From: an uncultured Nitrososphaerales archaeon
Lineage (GTDB): Archaea; Thermoproteota; Nitrososphaeria; Nitrososphaerales; Nitrososphaeraceae
Assembly (NCBI GenBank): GCA_963695855.1
Contig: CAVOHZ010000010.1
Location: 1,088,001-1,152,000, forward strand
DNA: 64,000 nt
Reading direction: 5' to 3'
This document shows, piece by piece, positions 50,253-60,795 of the stretch. A program made the position numbers and the translations under genes. The stretch's first letter is position 1. Each line of letters starts with the position of its first letter. The notes below the pieces were generated by a model. The model had not been told where the DNA came from, did not search any database, and was given only the letters and a program-made list of their open reading frames with translations.

Positions 50253-51776
50253 CTAATGAACTGGCTCTTTTCGTCTATAGTCATAATATTCCTCTCCTAT
50301 CTTGAACGGATCTTGCATATCTGCAAATTTACCTTTGGCTGTACTCTTTAGCAAGTTGTATAGCATTAGTATGTATGAAAGTCCCACTACCCATGCACCA
50401 CTTGATGCTATTTGGTTCATAATAATCCATTCTTCCAATGGGATATAATCAAAGTAACGTCTTGGCATTCCGTACAATCCAAGAACGTGTTGCGTCATAA
50501 ATACAACTATAACACCTAGAAATGCAGCTACAAAATGGATCTTTCCCAATTTTTCATCATACATTCTTCCCGTTATGAGCGGAAACATATAGTATAAGAA
50601 TCCTGTAAACGTCAAGGATACAGTTCCCATCAGAATCAAGTGGAAGTGTCCAACTACCCAATAACTATCGTGAGTAATAAAGTCAAGTGGTAAAGCAGTA
50701 TTTACTACACCACCTGCTCCGGATGCGAAGAACAACAAGATTCCTGCCATGGCAAAAAGCATTGGTGTCGCAAACTTTATTCTACCTCCCCACATTGTGG
50801 CAATCCAGTTAAAGACATGCATTGCGGAAGCGGGTACCGCAGCAAGCGTTCCTACCATAAATACAGTCTTTTCAGTAAAGCTCATTCCTGTTGCCAGCAT
50901 GTGATGAGCCCATGACGCAAATCCTATTGTAGATAGCAATAGAAACGCTGTTACTCCGGACTGATAGCTGTATATGGGTTTCCGAGAGAACTTTGGTATC
51001 ATCTCATAAAGCATACCAACACCAGGTAACAAGAAGATGTAGACCTCGGGGTGGAAAGTAAACCAGAAGAGATGCTGGTAAGCGATTGGATCCCCTCCCA
51101 ATGCCGGGTTAAAGAATCCTGAAATTCCTAATCTATCTGTATAAGTCATAATTAGGGCGGCAGCAAAAGTTGGTATAGCAACAAGTTGCATAAATGAGAT
51201 TGCGAGGATAGCCCAGCAGAAAAGTGACATCTTCATTATAGGCAGATCTGGATGCTTACATCGTAGTATTGTAACAACAAAGTTGATAGACCCAAGTATA
51301 GAAGAAAGTCCTAATATTTTGAGTCCAAATATCCACAGCTCCGCAGCTGGACCGGGTGCTCTAATAATAGAGTATGGTGGATATGCAGTCCAACCTAAAT
51401 CAGCAAAGCCTAACCAAATCATGCCAGCACCTACAGGTAGCATCCAAAAAGCAACAGCATTCAGTTTTGGCCAAGCCATATCTTTGTATCTAACCAGTAT
51501 TGGAATCAAATAGTTACCAATACCGGCAGCAAAAGGTATAGCCCACAAGAACAACATCGTGGTTCCATGAACTGTAAAAAATCTATGGAACGTACTGGGA
51601 TCTTGAATTATTTGCGCTCCAGGTAAAAATAGCTCTGTTCTTATCGCCAGAGCTAATGCACCACCGCACAGAAGAAAAGTTATGGAAAAAATCATATACA
51701 ATAATCCAATGTCGGTATGATGTGTCGAGAAAATAATCTCCCACATTGGACGTGGTTTTTTAATTTCTAGAACCAT
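50253..51776 (-). CDS. coxA: Heme-copper terminal oxidase subunit I (A-type)
   Basis: TVHG, GWTAYPP, WFTFHPEVY, WAHH, GHFH, GMPRRY. Confidence 0.97.
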   Translation of the reverse strand: MVLEIKKPRPMWEIIFSTHHTDIGLLYMIFSITFLLCGGALALAIRTELFLPGAQIIQDPSTFHRFFTVHGTTMLFLWAIPFAAGIGNYLIPILVRYKDMAWPKLNAVAFWMLPVGAGMIWLGFADLGWTAYPPYSIIRAPGPAAELWIFGLKILGLSSILGSINFVVTILRCKHPDLPIMKMSLFCWAILAISFMQLVAIPTFAAALIMTYTDRLGISGFFNPALGGDPIAYQHLFWFTFHPEVYIFLLPGVGMLYEMIPKFSRKPIYSYQSGVTAFLLLSTIGFASWAHHMLATGMSFTEKTVFMVGTLAAVPASAMHVFNWIATMWGGRIKFATPMLFAMAGILLFFASGAGGVVNTALPLDFITHDSYWVVGHFHLILMGTVSLTFTGFLYYMFPLITGRMYDEKLGKIHFVAAFLGVIVVFMTQHVLGLYGMPRRYFDYIPLEEWIIMNQIASSGAWVVGLSYILMLYNLLKSTAKGKFADMQDPFKIGEEYYDYRRKEPVH

Positions 51777-51863
51777 TTCACTATTGCCTCCTTCACAAAC
51801 ACCAAATTACAATTCCTACAGTTATCCTTATTAATAAAAGTATTTTGTTTTGCCATCTTTACA

Positions 51864-52652
51864 TCACTCTACTGTCAACGTTCCTACCATGTAGGGATGT
51901 ACCGAACAATAAAAGTCATATTTAGCAGGATCGATATCTGCAGTCTCTAGCACTTTGGATTCACCAGCGTTTATGATGCTCGTATCAAAGATTTTGCCCG
52001 ATGTTGAATCACTTGGACCAGCACCATTGGTCACAGTATGAGGCATTGCATCTACATTGTCTACGAGGATTGTCTGACCTTTCTTTACTTTTAGGTCTGA
52101 TGGATCAAATGCTGGATTTCCCTGAGTTGCAGCACCTTCCAAAATTGTAAGTGTAACGTCTGCGGTTGGTTTTTCTTTTGTAGCTGCAGGTGCAACTTGA
52201 GCTGCCTCATTTTCAGCAGCAACTTCTTTTATTGCTGGCGGTTCAACGAACAATTGAGCTTTCATATTATAATGACTATAACCACAATATTCTCTACATT
52301 GAATTAGAAAAATACCTTCTTGGTCGAAAAGATTCCATAGTGTATTGATTCGGCCAGGAACAGCATCGATCATAAGCGTATAATCGGGCACGTTAAAGGC
52401 GTGATTTACATCAAGTGATGTAATCTCGAACCTGTATGGAGTTCCCTTGTTTACATGAAGTTCATTAACTTCCTTTGTTCCATCAGAATGTTCAAAACTC
52501 CAGAACCATTGCTGTCCTATAACTTTGATCGTTTGTGCACCAGGAGGAACCTCTTCCACAATTCTTTCTACGTTCCAGGATTCTGCACCCACCCAGATCA
52601 GCAATGCAGCTACGGCTGCAATATAGACCCATTCGATGGTTGCGTGTCCCAT
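51864..52652 (-). CDS. coxB: Oxidase subunit II (CuA) fused to a C-terminal type-1 cupredoxin
   Basis: GQQWFW, DVNH, CREYCGYSHYNM (CuA), linker, then MPH..CSVHPYM. Confidence 0.94.
   Translation of the reverse strand: MGHATIEWVYIAAVAALLIWVGAESWNVERIVEEVPPGAQTIKVIGQQWFWSFEHSDGTKEVNELHVNKGTPYRFEITSLDVNHAFNVPDYTLMIDAVPGRINTLWNLFDQEGIFLIQCREYCGYSHYNMKAQLFVEPPAIKEVAAENEAAQVAPAATKEKPTADVTLTILEGAATQGNPAFDPSDLKVKKGQTILVDNVDAMPHTVTNGAGPSDSTSGKIFDTSIINAGESKVLETADIDPAKYDFYCSVHPYMVGTLTVE
51888..52184. repeat. 297-bp exact direct repeat, copy 2
   Basis: Identical to 49680-49976. Confidence 0.92.
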
Positions 52653-52927
52653 TAGCTTCTTCTTCCCTCCAGTGGTTCGCTTATTCGATTCCTCTTATGT
52701 GATTCCCTATATCTCCAAATAACATAAACTATTACCCCATTTACAACGGCACCAACAGTAAACGCGGCCACCATCAACCGATAGAAAAGACCCCATATCT
52801 CACCGTTCCTTTGTACATATTGTCCTGCCTCTTCCTGACCAAAAGCCTCTACTATAAAATTAACATATAGAATAGCAAAGAGAGGAACTAAACCTAATAA
52901 TATCCAACCCTTAGATTTCAATCTCAC
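52652..52927 (-). CDS. Small membrane protein resembling the N-terminal TM part of oxidase subunit II
   Basis: IWGLFYRLMVAAFTVGAVV..VIWRYRE; stop codon overlaps the coxB start. Confidence 0.75.
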   Translation of the reverse strand: MRLKSKGWILLGLVPLFAILYVNFIVEAFGQEEAGQYVQRNGEIWGLFYRLMVAAFTVGAVVNGVIVYVIWRYRESHKRNRISEPLEGRRS

Positions 52928-53031
52928 ACATTAACTCTCCTATTTATTGCTGAATACTCGGAACCATACAATTTAAGGTTTTTGGATTTGGATAAAATAA
53001 AATAGAATGATTCTTTAATTCATTCATTCAT

Positions 53032-53661
53032 TCATTCATATAGATAACGATGAGCACCCATAAAATTAACCGTAGAAATCGACCACAAATTATACTCGTT
53101 TTTTAGTATGGTTAGAGCTGCATTCCTCATATGCCATCGGTATAAGATTTCCGGCTTCAGGTCCAACACATAAGATATCGCTGCCTTTATAGGATCTAAA
53201 TGGGTTACCAGCAACACATTCTGATTGTTATGCTTGTCAGAGATATCTTCCAATAAACTTCTGATCCTTGATCTAACAGATGAAAATGGTTCCACACCAT
53301 GGTCACTAAGAATGGATTCCTCGCCCATATAAAAGCTCAAGAACAAATTTCCGTATTTGCTTAAAATTTCATCGTAATCGCTACCTGCAAGTCTTCCCAA
53401 ATCAATTTCATATAACCTCTCATCAATTTGATAATCTAAATTGAGAACTTGGCTAACAATACGAGCCGTTTCAACAGTCCTAGTAACCGGACTTGTGTAA
53501 ATCTTCGAGATTGACAATTTTTTTAGATACTGAGCGGTATCTTGAGCCTGAATACGCCCTTCCTCAGTTAAATGTGATTCTAAATGTCTTCCTACTAATA
53601 TCTTCTTTACATTATTTTCTGCCAGACCATGTCTCATAAAAATCGCTAGACTCAATATCAT
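53032..53661 (-). CDS. Histidine phosphatase (phosphoglycerate mutase family)
   Basis: MRHG, LT..G..QA, SP..R..ETA, L.EIDLG, LLVTH. Confidence 0.92.
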   Translation of the reverse strand: MILSLAIFMRHGLAENNVKKILVGRHLESHLTEEGRIQAQDTAQYLKKLSISKIYTSPVTRTVETARIVSQVLNLDYQIDERLYEIDLGRLAGSDYDEILSKYGNLFLSFYMGEESILSDHGVEPFSSVRSRIRSLLEDISDKHNNQNVLLVTHLDPIKAAISYVLDLKPEILYRWHMRNAALTILKNEYNLWSISTVNFMGAHRYLYE

Positions 53662-53833
53662 CTAAAAATGATTCAATCAATAATTTATAATTATAGGACA
53701 AACGTTTATTTCACATTCTGCTTAATGTGATTATTTATTCTTACCAATAGGAATTTCTTGATTGGTACTATAAAAATTAGTTCAAAACAACATGTTTAAT
53801 ACCCATACGAGCGGAAAATACCGTTAATATAAA

Positions 53834-54508
53834 ATGAAGATTGGGATTATTGGTGGAACCGGTGGAATGGGAGAGGGTTTTGCATTAAGATGGTGTACAA
53901 AACATGATGTTATAATTGGTTCTAGAGACAAAAATAAAGCATCTGACATTGCAAATAATTACACAAAGAGGGCTAAAGAATTTTATGGCGAAGGTATGAA
54001 AGGATCGATTTCCGGTGATGATAATTTTGAACTTCCTAAATATTCAGATGTACTGTTCCTGTCTATTCCGTATGAATCAATAAATGATACATGCAGTAGG
54101 CTATCAGCACAAGTAAAAGAAAATTGTATCATAGTGTGTCCCATTGTTCCTATGGGTAGAGATGAAAAAGGGTTTACATACATATGTTTTGAGCAAGGAA
54201 AGAAATCTGCTGGAGAATTAGTTGCGGATAACTTTAAAAAAAGATCTAATATCGTTTCTGCATTCCATACAATATCTGAAGTAAAACTAAAAAAAATTGA
54301 TCAGGGTATGGACGCGGACACATTTGTGTGTGGAGATGATGAAAATAGTATATCTGTAATAAACGACCTAATCTCAGAGATATCGGGACTTAGATCTATC
54401 TACCTGGGACCGCTATCTTTGTCCTATCAGGCTGAGGCTTTAACTCCAATGTTATTAAATTCAGCAAAGAGAAACAAAATGAAAAATCCTGCAATAAAAT
54501 TGGTGTAA
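53834..54508 (+). CDS. npdG: F420H2:NADP+ oxidoreductase
   Basis: IIGGTGGMGEGFA.RW, IGSR, VSAFHTIS, CGDD, EALTP. Confidence 0.9.
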   Translation: MKIGIIGGTGGMGEGFALRWCTKHDVIIGSRDKNKASDIANNYTKRAKEFYGEGMKGSISGDDNFELPKYSDVLFLSIPYESINDTCSRLSAQVKENCIIVCPIVPMGRDEKGFTYICFEQGKKSAGELVADNFKKRSNIVSAFHTISEVKLKKIDQGMDADTFVCGDDENSISVINDLISEISGLRSIYLGPLSLSYQAEALTPMLLNSAKRNKMKNPAIKLV

Positions 54509-54540
54509 ATAACAAACCATTAAAAGACATCAAAAAAAGA

Positions 54541-54840
54541 ATGAGTTATAAATTTAAAAGCGGCAATGATCCCAGACGTGGAAAGAATTGGATGTCCGCC
54601 ATGGGAGTACTTTTTATAGTGATGGCTGCGGTTATCGCACTAAGAAATCTATATTTTGTGACTACTCAACTATCCTTTGAATTTTATTTAGACAATTATA
54701 CTAATGGAGAAATAACAAATGAAAAATTTGTCATAGCTATGATCATAGCAGGAGGTATTTTACTATACTGGGGATACTTTAGAAAAAAGGAAGAACATGA
54801 CCCGCCTGATGAACATGAAAGGAGAAGATTTGAAAGATAA
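54541..54840 (+). CDS. Small two-TM membrane protein
   Basis: Two hydrophobic segments and a charged tail. Confidence 0.7.
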   Translation: MSYKFKSGNDPRRGKNWMSAMGVLFIVMAAVIALRNLYFVTTQLSFEFYLDNYTNGEITNEKFVIAMIIAGGILLYWGYFRKKEEHDPPDEHERRRFER

Positions 54841-55161
54841 AAATGGTCGAAAAATAAAAATATAATCTATTTTGGTCCAACATATATTCTCAAATCTGCT
54901 GATCAGCTAGACACTCCTTCCTAAAAGATTTTGTATCATCATTGAATCGTTGAATCGCTAGTTCCATCAATTGGATGTTTATGTGTCTAATTCTAGTAAA
55001 GAGATGATATACAATATTCTTTCTTTCTTTTCTTTTTTGATTATGCAAATTATTGCTATTTTTTAAAAACATAAAATAATAATAGAAGGTATAGTGTATT
55101 TTATTTTTTGTACCTCTGAAGACCTTACCCAAAATTCAAAAGCATTGAAAAAAATTGAAAG

Positions 55162-56082
55162 TCAGACTAGCGATGATTGCATTTCCCTCAGTCTGGCTAT
55201 TCTTTGTTCCAGTGGTGGATGGGTTGCAAAGAGATTAGCGATAGTACTTCCAGATATGGCAGGAATAATAAAAAATGCATTAAGACTTTGGAATCTTTGT
55301 GTCTGTTGCCGTGGAGTCCTCTTCATACTTTCACTTATCTTTGTTAATGCATTTGCAAGTACCATGGGTTTTCCTGTTATCTGTGCAGAACCTCGGTCAG
55401 CTGCAAACTCCCTGTATCGCGAGATTGCTCTGGTTATTATAAAACTGACTATCCAAGTTATTACAGATACAAGAATTATTATGATAATTGCACCTCCACC
55501 AGAAGAATTGCCTCTTGACCTAGAATAGTAACCTCCGCCATACAGAGACCCGTAAAAACCATATTGCATAAGATACCATGCAATGGTAGAAAATAGACTT
55601 GCCATGGTTAGGACGAGAACATCCCTATTTTTAATATGTGACAACTCGTGTCCTATTACCCCCTCAATTTCTTCTTCATCTAGGACATCCAAAAGTCCTG
55701 TTGTTACGGCTACTAAAGAGCTTCTGTGTCCTTTTCCAGTGGCAAATGCGTTTGGAATATTTGTATTCACTACTGCAACCTTTGGTTTTGGAAGATTGCT
55801 TCGCTGGACCAACTTCTCGACTATTCGATGAAGATCTGGATATTGTTCTTTTGTGACAACTTTTGCGCCAGAGCTCCACAGAACTATCTTGTCAGAGAAA
55901 TACCACTGAGCAAGAATCATGAGTGATATGATAGCAATCATTGGTAGAAAACCTACACCCAGGTATGCCAATACAGTCAAAAAAATGATATATAATATAG
56001 AAAGAGCAAAAAAACATATGACTATTCTAAAAGTTAATCCACTATCTTTCTTGTAATGAAAAAATTTATTTTCTGGTTCCAA
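55162..56082 (-). CDS. htpX: Zinc metalloprotease HtpX (M48)
   Basis: PNAFATG, GHELSH, SRYREFAADR, FATHPP. Confidence 0.95.
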   Translation of the reverse strand: MEPENKFFHYKKDSGLTFRIVICFFALSILYIIFLTVLAYLGVGFLPMIAIISLMILAQWYFSDKIVLWSSGAKVVTKEQYPDLHRIVEKLVQRSNLPKPKVAVVNTNIPNAFATGKGHRSSLVAVTTGLLDVLDEEEIEGVIGHELSHIKNRDVLVLTMASLFSTIAWYLMQYGFYGSLYGGGYYSRSRGNSSGGGAIIIIILVSVITWIVSFIITRAISRYREFAADRGSAQITGKPMVLANALTKISESMKRTPRQQTQRFQSLNAFFIIPAISGSTIANLFATHPPLEQRIARLREMQSSLV

Positions 56083-56124
56083 AAATATTTCTATCCAAAT
56101 AATTATGGAGTGAACAGGCTCTTA

Positions 56125-57312
56125 TTAGTTATGTTTTGACGATATGAACCCTTCTAGTCTGTTCATTGCTTCCTCCAGTATATCTTCTGTGGCAAGATAA
56201 ACAATTCTAAAGTTTTTGGATCCGAAACTGGAGCCAAACCCTGATCCATGTACCATCAGTACACCAGTGTTGTTTAGGAGTGAGACGACGAAGTCCAGAT
56301 CGTTAGTCCAACGTGTGTTCATTTCAAATTTCGGAAATACGTAGAATGCACCACTAGGAAGGTTACATGATATTCCTGGCATAGAGTTGAGACGTTTTAC
56401 TATGAAATCTCTTCTATTCCTGAGTTTCTTGACCATTTCCTGAATGTGGTCCTGTGGTCCCCGTAAGGCTTCAACTGCAGCCTTTTGAACTGGAAGATTT
56501 GATGCAATTCTCACCCTTGCAAGTTTTGGGACATTTTTGCGAAAGTCATCAAGTTTTGCACAGTTACTGTTTATACACATGTATCCACATCTCCAGCCGG
56601 TCATCAGGTACACTTTGGAGAATCCGTTGAGTAGGATAACAGGTAAGTCCTTTGTTACCTTTCCAATGCTGGTAAATGTATCGTCAAAGACAATCTTATC
56701 GTAAATTTCATCACAAATAATATAGAGGTCGTGCTGGCAAGCAATATCCACTATATCTTTCAAGCCTTTCTGAGTGAATATCTCACCTGTTGGATTATTG
56801 GGGTTAATCAGACATATAGAAGTGGTTCTGTCTGTTATCTTTGATTTTAAATCGTCGAGATCCGGAGTGCCGTCTTGATTGATTTTGAATTCCACAGGTT
56901 TTCCCCCATAGAACTTTGCGTATGATGCATAGGGTGGATAGTACGGTCCGGGCATCAGAACTTGGTCGTTTGGATTTACTACTGAAGCCATAGTCATATC
57001 CAATGCCTCAGATACACCGTTTGTTACCAAGACATCATTTTCATTTATAGGAAATCCTTTGCCACTTTCTTTTTCTACAATTGCCTCCCTGAGCTCTGGC
57101 AGACCTTCAGAATCGGTATAATAATTTTCATCTTCCCTGACTGCTTTTATTAGCGCGGCCTTGATATGTTCAGGAGTTTTAAAGTCGTATTTTACCGGGT
57201 CTCCGATATTTAGGTAAATGATATCTTTTCCTGTCTTTTCATATTCCCTTGCATGGCTGATGATATCCCTGATAGCATATTCTACTCCTGCTGTTCTGTC
57301 AGAAACTTTCAA
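56125..57312 (-). CDS. PLP-dependent aminotransferase class I/II (alanine/aspartate type)
   Basis: YAIRD, LNIGDP, INPNNPTG, DEIY, FSKVYLMTGWRCG, GAFY. Confidence 0.94.
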   Translation of the reverse strand: MKVSDRTAGVEYAIRDIISHAREYEKTGKDIIYLNIGDPVKYDFKTPEHIKAALIKAVREDENYYTDSEGLPELREAIVEKESGKGFPINENDVLVTNGVSEALDMTMASVVNPNDQVLMPGPYYPPYASYAKFYGGKPVEFKINQDGTPDLDDLKSKITDRTTSICLINPNNPTGEIFTQKGLKDIVDIACQHDLYIICDEIYDKIVFDDTFTSIGKVTKDLPVILLNGFSKVYLMTGWRCGYMCINSNCAKLDDFRKNVPKLARVRIASNLPVQKAAVEALRGPQDHIQEMVKKLRNRRDFIVKRLNSMPGISCNLPSGAFYVFPKFEMNTRWTNDLDFVVSLLNNTGVLMVHGSGFGSSFGSKNFRIVYLATEDILEEAMNRLEGFISSKHN

Positions 57313-58024
57313 TTGATAATACAGATATCGTAAAGAAATTACCTACATAAAGTATTCCTTTGACAGTTTTTAGTATTAATAATAAAATATTGTTTGTATT
57401 CTAAATGGTTTTTTTGTTTTTGTTTCTGTTCATTTTGGGAGAGTCGGTATCAAATCGTCAATGAGATTAAGAAAAAAAATTCACATAAAAATCAATAATC
57501 AATGTAGAACATGAAAACTGGCCAATAAATAAAAGATCTAAAGAAATGAAAGAAGAAATACAGGTATATTGTGTGTTGGGAGTAGAATCTATATTTTTTC
57601 TGTAGTAGATATTTCGAGAATATTTTAAATCTAAGATTGCAATAATATACTTTATGAATTTCTAACAATTCATAACTCAACAAAGATCTTGATGAAAGTA
57701 ATCGTAATCTGACATGAGCATACAACAGGTAACATGTATATTCAATTTATTCAACCCATAAATATAAAAAAAATAAAAAAGACATAAGGAATTTGTCTCT
57801 CACTGAATAACATATTTAGTGAGCTGATTTCCTGCTTTTATCTTTTCTTTTAATTTGTTCTTTTGTACACTTTTAATTAATCTTTTTAGATGCTGCTAAT
57901 TCTCTGTATAGTTTGTATTTAATGTATACATTGCATTAAATTATATATTTCTAAAAATGTAAATAATCTTGAAGGTTATGCTTTTCTCAAGTTGAACAGA
58001 TAGTAAAAACAATAAGGAAGAGAA

Positions 58025-58990
58025 TTAGAGGAAGGTTTCCGTATTATGTGATTGATAAAGATCAGATATAGCTTTATTTGAATACACCTGTCTGAATTTT
58101 TCAGCAAAAGCTTGAAGTAAGCTCATACAATTTAAGAAGATATAATCTTGTTTTAATTTTAAATCTTCTTTGATATTATCATCCTTGAATGTTTGATAAT
58201 AATTATGTAAAATTTGACTGAGAAAAGGATTTTTTCTAAATGCTTCAAAAAAAGCAAGAATGATCAACAGGATATTTGACACTTCTGTTGACATATTTTT
58301 CTTAAGATCTTCAAAAAGTTTATTTTCAAATTGTTTAAAATTATCTTCATTTTTTATATCATGCGTCATTTGTTTTAGATTTGATAGTTCCGATCTGGTT
58401 TCATAAACTTCCTTTTTTGTTTGATCTCTAATTTGACACCATTTATAAACATCTGATTGGGCGATTTGTATATGACCATGTAGAGGGTTTATAGTTTCAA
58501 TCATTTTTTGTATTTGATTTTCTTTATCTCTTTTTTTGTATTCCAGCGTCTCGACATATGAATCCAGTTCCGATATTTTCGTTCGATTATCAAGTATATA
58601 CTTTATCGTTTTATTATCAATTCCTTGAGATTTACAAAATTTGTAAAAATCTAAGTAAATTCGAGTATCTCCTGATTCTACTATTTCTGATAATTCAGAT
58701 AGATCTTTGAGTATTAAAAAATGAGAATATAATATTACTGTCTCCTGTGGATCCATCTCTAATTCAATGCATACATCTAATGGTTTTTTACCTTGTGAAA
58801 ATAATTTAAGAGCTTGAGCATTTTTGCTTAATTTTTTATTCTTTTCATTGTATGGTTCTTCAAAAGTTCTTCTTTTGATTGCTCCAATTTCTGAAAAGGA
58901 CATGTGTACCTCTTTTGCAATCTCCCGATTTGTCTTACCTTGAAGAAGAAGCGTCACAACTAGCGCTTCTTTTTGGATTTTATTTAACAT
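58025..58990 (-). CDS. HTH plus coiled-coil hypothetical protein
   Basis: QGKTNREIAKEVHMSFSEIGAI HTH, second ALKLFSQGKKPLDVCIEL HTH-like segment, central coiled coil. Confidence 0.75.
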   Translation of the reverse strand: MLNKIQKEALVVTLLLQGKTNREIAKEVHMSFSEIGAIKRRTFEEPYNEKNKKLSKNAQALKLFSQGKKPLDVCIELEMDPQETVILYSHFLILKDLSELSEIVESGDTRIYLDFYKFCKSQGIDNKTIKYILDNRTKISELDSYVETLEYKKRDKENQIQKMIETINPLHGHIQIAQSDVYKWCQIRDQTKKEVYETRSELSNLKQMTHDIKNEDNFKQFENKLFEDLKKNMSTEVSNILLIILAFFEAFRKNPFLSQILHNYYQTFKDDNIKEDLKLKQDYIFLNCMSLLQAFAEKFRQVYSNKAISDLYQSHNTETFL

Positions 58991-59055
58991 TTCAATATTA
59001 TTATTGTTATGAAATACTTTTAAAATTTACAGTCGACACCAAAAGAAATTACTGA

Positions 59056-59100
59056 TGTTACTATTGATACCAGCTTGTTACTACTGTTACCTCCTGTTAC
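59056..59100. promoter_or_regulatory. Five phased TG(T/A)TAC direct repeats
   Basis: Hexamers at 59056, 59065, 59076, 59085 and 59095 (spacing 9-11 bp). Confidence 0.5.
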
Positions 59101-59351
59101 AATTTATTTTGAATTACACAGGATTTTGATATCTATATAAAAAATATTATCCATTCAAGATCTTTATCATCACTATCTAGATTATTGTTGGTTTGGCCAT
59201 TTTATAATCAAGATGTTAATGATAGGAGATTATTTTTGTGTTTAAGATGAAGGCTCATGTAAAGAAGTAGATTATTTACATAATTCTATATGAATAAATA
59301 AACATGAAAGAACGACTTAGTTTAATTAACAGATATTTTTAGTAAAATCAG

Positions 59352-59426
59352 GGGCTCGTAGCGTAGTCAGGACATCGCGGCGGTCTTCGGAACCGCAGGT
59401 CGTGGGATCGAAGCCCTCCGAGCCCG
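59352..59426 (+). tRNA. tRNA-Arg(TCG)
   Basis: Acceptor GGGCTCG/CGAGCCC; anticodon stem GCGGT/ACCGC with loop CTTCGGA (TCG at 59387-59389); T-arm GTGGG-ATCGAAG-CCCTC; CCA not encoded. Confidence 0.93.
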
Positions 59427-59484
59427 TCAACCAATTGGGCTCATATACTATAGATACTAGAAATGCACAGGAGTCCTCAGAAAG

Positions 59485-60795
59485 ATGCCTACGAAGTTAG
59501 CAAATATTCTTAAAAAAGTAAATGCGCTTGCAAACAGAAAGAATGCTACTTTGCTGATTGAATTTTATGAATATTTGGTATCTGTGCGAACTTCTGAAAG
59601 GTATCAAAACGATGTTTTGAAGGTTCTAATCAAGTTCTCTGAGTTTGTAGATTGCGATCTCATTCGCATTCAGAAAAGAGAGCAGATATTGGCCTTTCTT
59701 AATACAAAGAGAAAGGGAAAGGAAGATGATCCTGATGAGAGATGGATCACTACATGGAATGATTATCTTTGGCGATTAAAATATTTCTTTAGATGGCTAC
59801 ACAATTACAAAAATAATGAAAACAGTGAAAATATCGCCTTCCTTGAACCTTCAAACTGGATAACTCCGCCTTTTGCGGAAATAAAGAAGATTAAAACAAA
59901 GAGAATAAGTCCATATCTTGAAAATGAGTTATGGGAAAAGGATGAGATCCTTGCTATTGTAAAATATGAACCATATATCCGCAACAAAGCAGCAATAATG
60001 CTAATGTGGGATCTGAATGCCAGACCTCATGAGATAACTCTCCTTAAAATCAAGCATATACGATTGAAAGAAAAATATGGTGAAGGTGAAATCCCATATC
60101 AAGCAAAAACAGGTGGTGGACCAAGTTTATTAACAGCAAGTTTTCCCTATGTAAGAGACTGGTTAAATGAACATCCTTATAGAAATGAACCAAATGCTAG
60201 ATTGATCTGTAATTTGCTAAATGGCGGTCAGATAAATGCAGATGCAATATGGACAATGATGAAACAATTGAGAAAAAGGATTATGAGATTGCTAGAAAAC
60301 GATTCAGTTGAACAGGAAGAAAAGGAATTACTAGAATACTTGATCAAAAGCAAAAGATGGAATCCATACTGTTTAAGACATTCCTCTATAACTGCTGATT
60401 CTGATTATCTTCCAGAATACGCTTTGAAGAAAAAAGTAAGATGGTCTATGAACTCTAAACAGGGATCGAGATACATAAAAGGACGTATGGGATCAGAATT
60501 AAAGGCACAGATCCTTGCAAGAAACGGGATAATATCTGAAAATGAAATTAAACAAAAGCCATCAGTGCGCCTATGTTTTAGGTGTGATTTTGTAAATGCT
60601 ATTGAGAACAAATACTGTTCAAAATGCAGTTATCCATTAACTATACAAGCATACGAAGATATAAAAAATAATGAAGACAAAAGACTGGAAATACTTGAAG
60701 AGCAATTTCAAAATCTCAATGAAGCATACACGGAAATACTTGAATGTTTAAAGCATCCTGAAAAACTGTTGGAGATAGTAACAGAGGAAAAATAG
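59485..60795 (+). CDS. Tyrosine recombinase/integrase with C-terminal zinc ribbon
   Basis: ARPHE (R), KTG (K), YCLRH, RW, RYI (Y); CFRC..CSKC. Confidence 0.92.
   Translation: MPTKLANILKKVNALANRKNATLLIEFYEYLVSVRTSERYQNDVLKVLIKFSEFVDCDLIRIQKREQILAFLNTKRKGKEDDPDERWITTWNDYLWRLKYFFRWLHNYKNNENSENIAFLEPSNWITPPFAEIKKIKTKRISPYLENELWEKDEILAIVKYEPYIRNKAAIMLMWDLNARPHEITLLKIKHIRLKEKYGEGEIPYQAKTGGGPSLLTASFPYVRDWLNEHPYRNEPNARLICNLLNGGQINADAIWTMMKQLRKRIMRLLENDSVEQEEKELLEYLIKSKRWNPYCLRHSSITADSDYLPEYALKKKVRWSMNSKQGSRYIKGRMGSELKAQILARNGIISENEIKQKPSVRLCFRCDFVNAIENKYCSKCSYPLTIQAYEDIKNNEDKRLEILEEQFQNLNEAYTEILECLKHPEKLLEIVTEEK

Noticed and set aside
55094-55926. Several + strand ORFs antisense to htpX (likewise those antisense to sat, ileS, nnrD, coxA and cbtA)
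   Set aside because: They overlap well-supported genes on the opposite strand and have no recognisable motifs
57492-57725. Short ORFs in AT-rich spacers (also 219-428, 30466-30678, 34359-34553, 54890-55132)
   Set aside because: Composition mirrors AT-rich non-coding DNA and no motifs are recognisable
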